Shown here in pieces: positions 60,919 to 64,000 of a stretch of DNA of 64,000 nucleotides (position 1 is the first letter of the stretch; the number at the start of each line of letters is the position of its first letter). The notes below the pieces were generated by a model, which was given only the letters and a program-made list of their open reading frames with translations, was not told where the DNA came from and searched no databases. The translations under genes were made by a program, and so were the position numbers. The stretch is from Takakia lepidozioides (taxonomy: Eukaryota > Plantae > Bryophyta), in NCBI GenBank assembly GCA_030704615.1, contig CM060733.1:35960001-36024000 (forward strand). Reading direction: 5' to 3'.

Positions 60919-63544
60919 TCTTTCTAGAGCTTGCAAAGTATTTCTTAAGTCTACACAGTCTTCTAGACTGCGGAACAGTAGATACTAGACCAAGACCCTG
61001 GAATCATTCCTTGGAATATATATCTATTTTAGATTAGTTTTTAAGCTACTTACTAATTATCTTATATCCTCAAGTATTTGGGGTGAACGCAATGTGGATT
61101 AATATTAAGGGGGAAAGGGGCAAAGAGGTTACCAAGAATCCACACACATGATTTGCTTCATTCAAAACAGACAACAAAAGTATATGTATCACAATGCAAG
61201 ACCAAAAAACCAGTTGGACCATGTATTCTCTTTCCCAATAGCAAGAGAAGTGGGTGTATCTTCCATCACTTTGAGTTCACATCTTGTAAATTTTTCAACT
61301 TATCTCCTATTAGTGTGGAATGAGCCAAATTGTCATTTGAGTCAATGTCAAATGTTTCACATAATTTATGGGTGTACGCTGCCTTAAAAGACTAAAGTGT
61401 GGAATGAGAAGTCATTTCATCGAGCGTCAAAAAAGTCAGATGGTGTTATCAAATAAAAACAAGCGGCTAGTTGCGTATGGCTCCTCTTTGTGAATAGTGA
61501 AGTCCATTCTCATGCATGATAGCTTAAAAGTTCATCCATTAATTTTTCATAAATCGTTCAATAAGAGAGGTGTTACCTGGGGAAGGTGTTACTTAGAGAA
61601 GGCATATGATCTTGAAGTAGTTTTTATCAAAGGAGAAGAGGTGACACTTGGGGAAGGCACAACATGGGCTTAGCTATTTCTTTGACAATGATGCATAGTC
61701 TCCTTTTTAGAATAAAGATGAGTCAACAATAAAAATGGACACGTTTGCCGAAGCAAGCGTAAATTATAGTGTCTTTTGACCTCGAAGATGTGCGATTGCC
61801 TTTTGGTGAAGGTGAACACATTTATGACATCCAACATGTGGTTTGAAATTTAAATTAACTAGTGTTGATATAGTATATAGGCAAAAGATTGGTATAAATA
61901 CTAATTATACATTGGTATTTAAAGATCAGACTAGTTTCATATGTGAACATGCTATACTCAAGGAGATATCGGTCTTAAAATCTTGCCCGCCTAGGTACAT
62001 CTCCTTGCCTGAGGCCACCTCCGAATCAACCCAAATGGCCAGCATGCATGCAAGTTTAAGCTGAAGATCGACGGTCCCTATTTGTTGTACAAGCTGATTC
62101 GGGAGAGACGTGCTTTGATCTTACCACAAGGGCATATTGATACTCAAGAGCACGAGGAACCGATACACTTACGGATATAATCCATTCTGAATTGGTCTTT
62201 GATTTGACTTGTATCAATGTGGAAGGCAGGATGGTGGAGCTTACTCCGCAAGGACCAAGTGCTATGGAGCTGTTTGCTTCCTAGAACCATGTTTAGGACT
62301 TATTAGACTGCGAAGCTGATTTTCTAATCTTCTAATCTTCATATTGTTAATCTTCATGTCTTTATATTCTTGTAGTTCAGATACATTAGCTTGGTGTAGA
62401 ATGATGTTCCAACGTGTTCATTGCGTAACGTTTTCCTCTACATCATGGGTTTTATCCCAAAGGGTTTTCCATGAGAGGTTTTTCACCTTGCGACGATGAG
62501 GAGCACCATGGCGGGGTAAATTCCTTATATTCACCTCGTGGGGCTCGGGTCTTTGGAGGGGGGGGAGGGGGGGAGGTTAGATATCTGATGCCCCATACTC
62601 CTTGGCCCCACAAACAGCTTTCTCATTACAGTTGTGTTAGACTTCGTTCCTGCTTTAAGTAGACGACAGTGGGAAGCCATTATACTTGGCTTGACCCGCG
62701 TACCTTGCACAACTAGCTAACCCTACACATGGGGCTAGCTTCATCTTGGCCTTTTGTTGTTTGACAGGATTTGGGGCAATATTCATAGCAATGGCATGCT
62801 ACTAGGTATGGGCTCATCCCAACCAAGGGTTTGGTGTATATCATGGTCTTTCTGAGCTTAAGTAAATTGGCTCTTTTTTCGTATATGCAGCCTGGTGTAC
62901 TTGTGTATGACAAAGCTCTAGATGTTTGTGTTCTTATATGCTTGATGTTCGTAAGCAGGCTTGCGTTGTCCTCCTCTACGCGTACCTTTGCTACTGCTAC
63001 AACAAAGCCCGTCTTTTCCTCAGTTGTACACCCCTAAATTAAACGTGCCTTGAGAAGAAGAACGAATCTCATCCAGGCACAAAATGAAGCTTCACAAGGG
63101 TGCAGTCAACTCCCTGGCCTTTTCTATTACTTGCATAAACGGCGGAAATATAAGAGCGCTACCATACTAGTTTGACTCAACTCTCTAAGACTCCCTAAAT
63201 AGCCTCATAAAAAAAGGTGTCTTGGTACCAATGGATGTTATTTTATGCGTATCTATTTTTTCGACTACTGGCTATAGTCAGCCATCCAAGTGTGAATGCA
63301 AACATGCGATGATCATCGTTTTGATGGTGTGACTTTTGGGATTCTCACGGTGTTGATATTCATTTCATTTTCAACATGAATTTGTTTGAACTTGTTGATG
63401 TGTAATTAATGTAGTATATTATGGGATCTATATTTTTAATTATTCAAAATATAGAGAAAAGATAAAATTCAATATTAATAGTTTTGACATAAGTTCCATT
63501 AGCTATTACCATTATCATATTTATATGCACTATTGTGAAATATT

Positions 63545-63640
63545 ATTTCCCCTCCCCTCCGACAAGAGCCTGAATTGTGGGCTGTCACTCCCAGGTTTTC
63601 TTTAAAATAATAATAATAATAGTAATAGTACTAATAATAA
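63545..63640 (+). mobile_element. 5'-truncated SINE tail
   Basis: GAGCCTGAATTGTGGGCTGTCACTCCCAGG followed by (AAT)n, the same 3' motif as the SINEs at 33.4-34.1 kb. Confidence 0.55.
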
Positions 63641-63820
63641 ATTAAAATATGCTTATTACAAGCCAAGATAATATTTAGAAGTGCTATAACATTTATACTG
63701 AATATGTGAAGAAACAAGCGGCTCTACCACAAGAGGCTCTGTCCTCTCTCTTTCCTTCGATGATTTTGGGGTTGTTGTTTTATACTTTTTTCACGACTTC
63801 ATGAATCATGCCCCTCAATC

Positions 63821-63990
63821 CTCCATAGACTAGCTGACTTAATGGATAAGCCTAGTTCTCCGCCTAGGCAAGATGTTCCACAATGCCTCTATCCCTTGCG
63901 GGTCCCATCAACCCTCCATAGACTAGGCAGAATGGATAAACCTAGTTCTCCATTCTCCGCGTAGGCAAGATGTCTCCACAATGCCTCTAT
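63821..63990. repeat. ~92-bp tandem duplication
   Basis: CCTCCATAGACTAG..AATGGATAA.CCTAGTTCTCC..TAGGCAAGATGT..CACAATGCCTCTAT occurs twice. Confidence 0.8.
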
Positions 63991-64000
63991 GGGACAGAGC

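Overview
This is eukaryotic, intron-containing nuclear DNA from a land plant. A non-seed plant such as a hornwort or other bryophyte is my inference from the PLS-PPR content and TE types. Host genes: 5' exons of an NPC1-like sterol transporter (minus), a six-exon conserved uncharacterised gene (minus, 38.2-41.8 kb) and a three-exon small thaumatin-like/PR-5 gene (minus, 59.7-60.8 kb). The rest is mostly nested transposons and a scrambled PLS-class PPR pseudogene. The standout is an 11.9-kb Ty3/Gypsy-type retrotransposon (6918-18826, minus) inserted into an L1-like LINE with a 4-bp TSD. It has five unusual properties: (i) a C5-cytosine DNA methyltransferase domain between protease and RT; (ii) a PHD finger at the end of its DDE integrase; (iii) no tRNA PBS, but a 17-nt PBS perfectly complementary to its own LTR (self-priming); (iv) split direct repeats B-internal-A-B-A with a palindromic GACA-GC-TGTC junction instead of ordinary LTRs; (v) an inverted, captured VTE3 fragment in a 3.4-kb leader. 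Also present: a full-length chromovirus (25643-32633), a deleted Copia element with TG..TA ends (51885-57081) carrying a hAT MITE, a twin-primed LINE, tRNA-derived SINEs, MITEs and a CACTA remnant with a spliced BAH-like ORF. Many single-base indels fall in homopolymers, so some frameshifts may be assembly errors.
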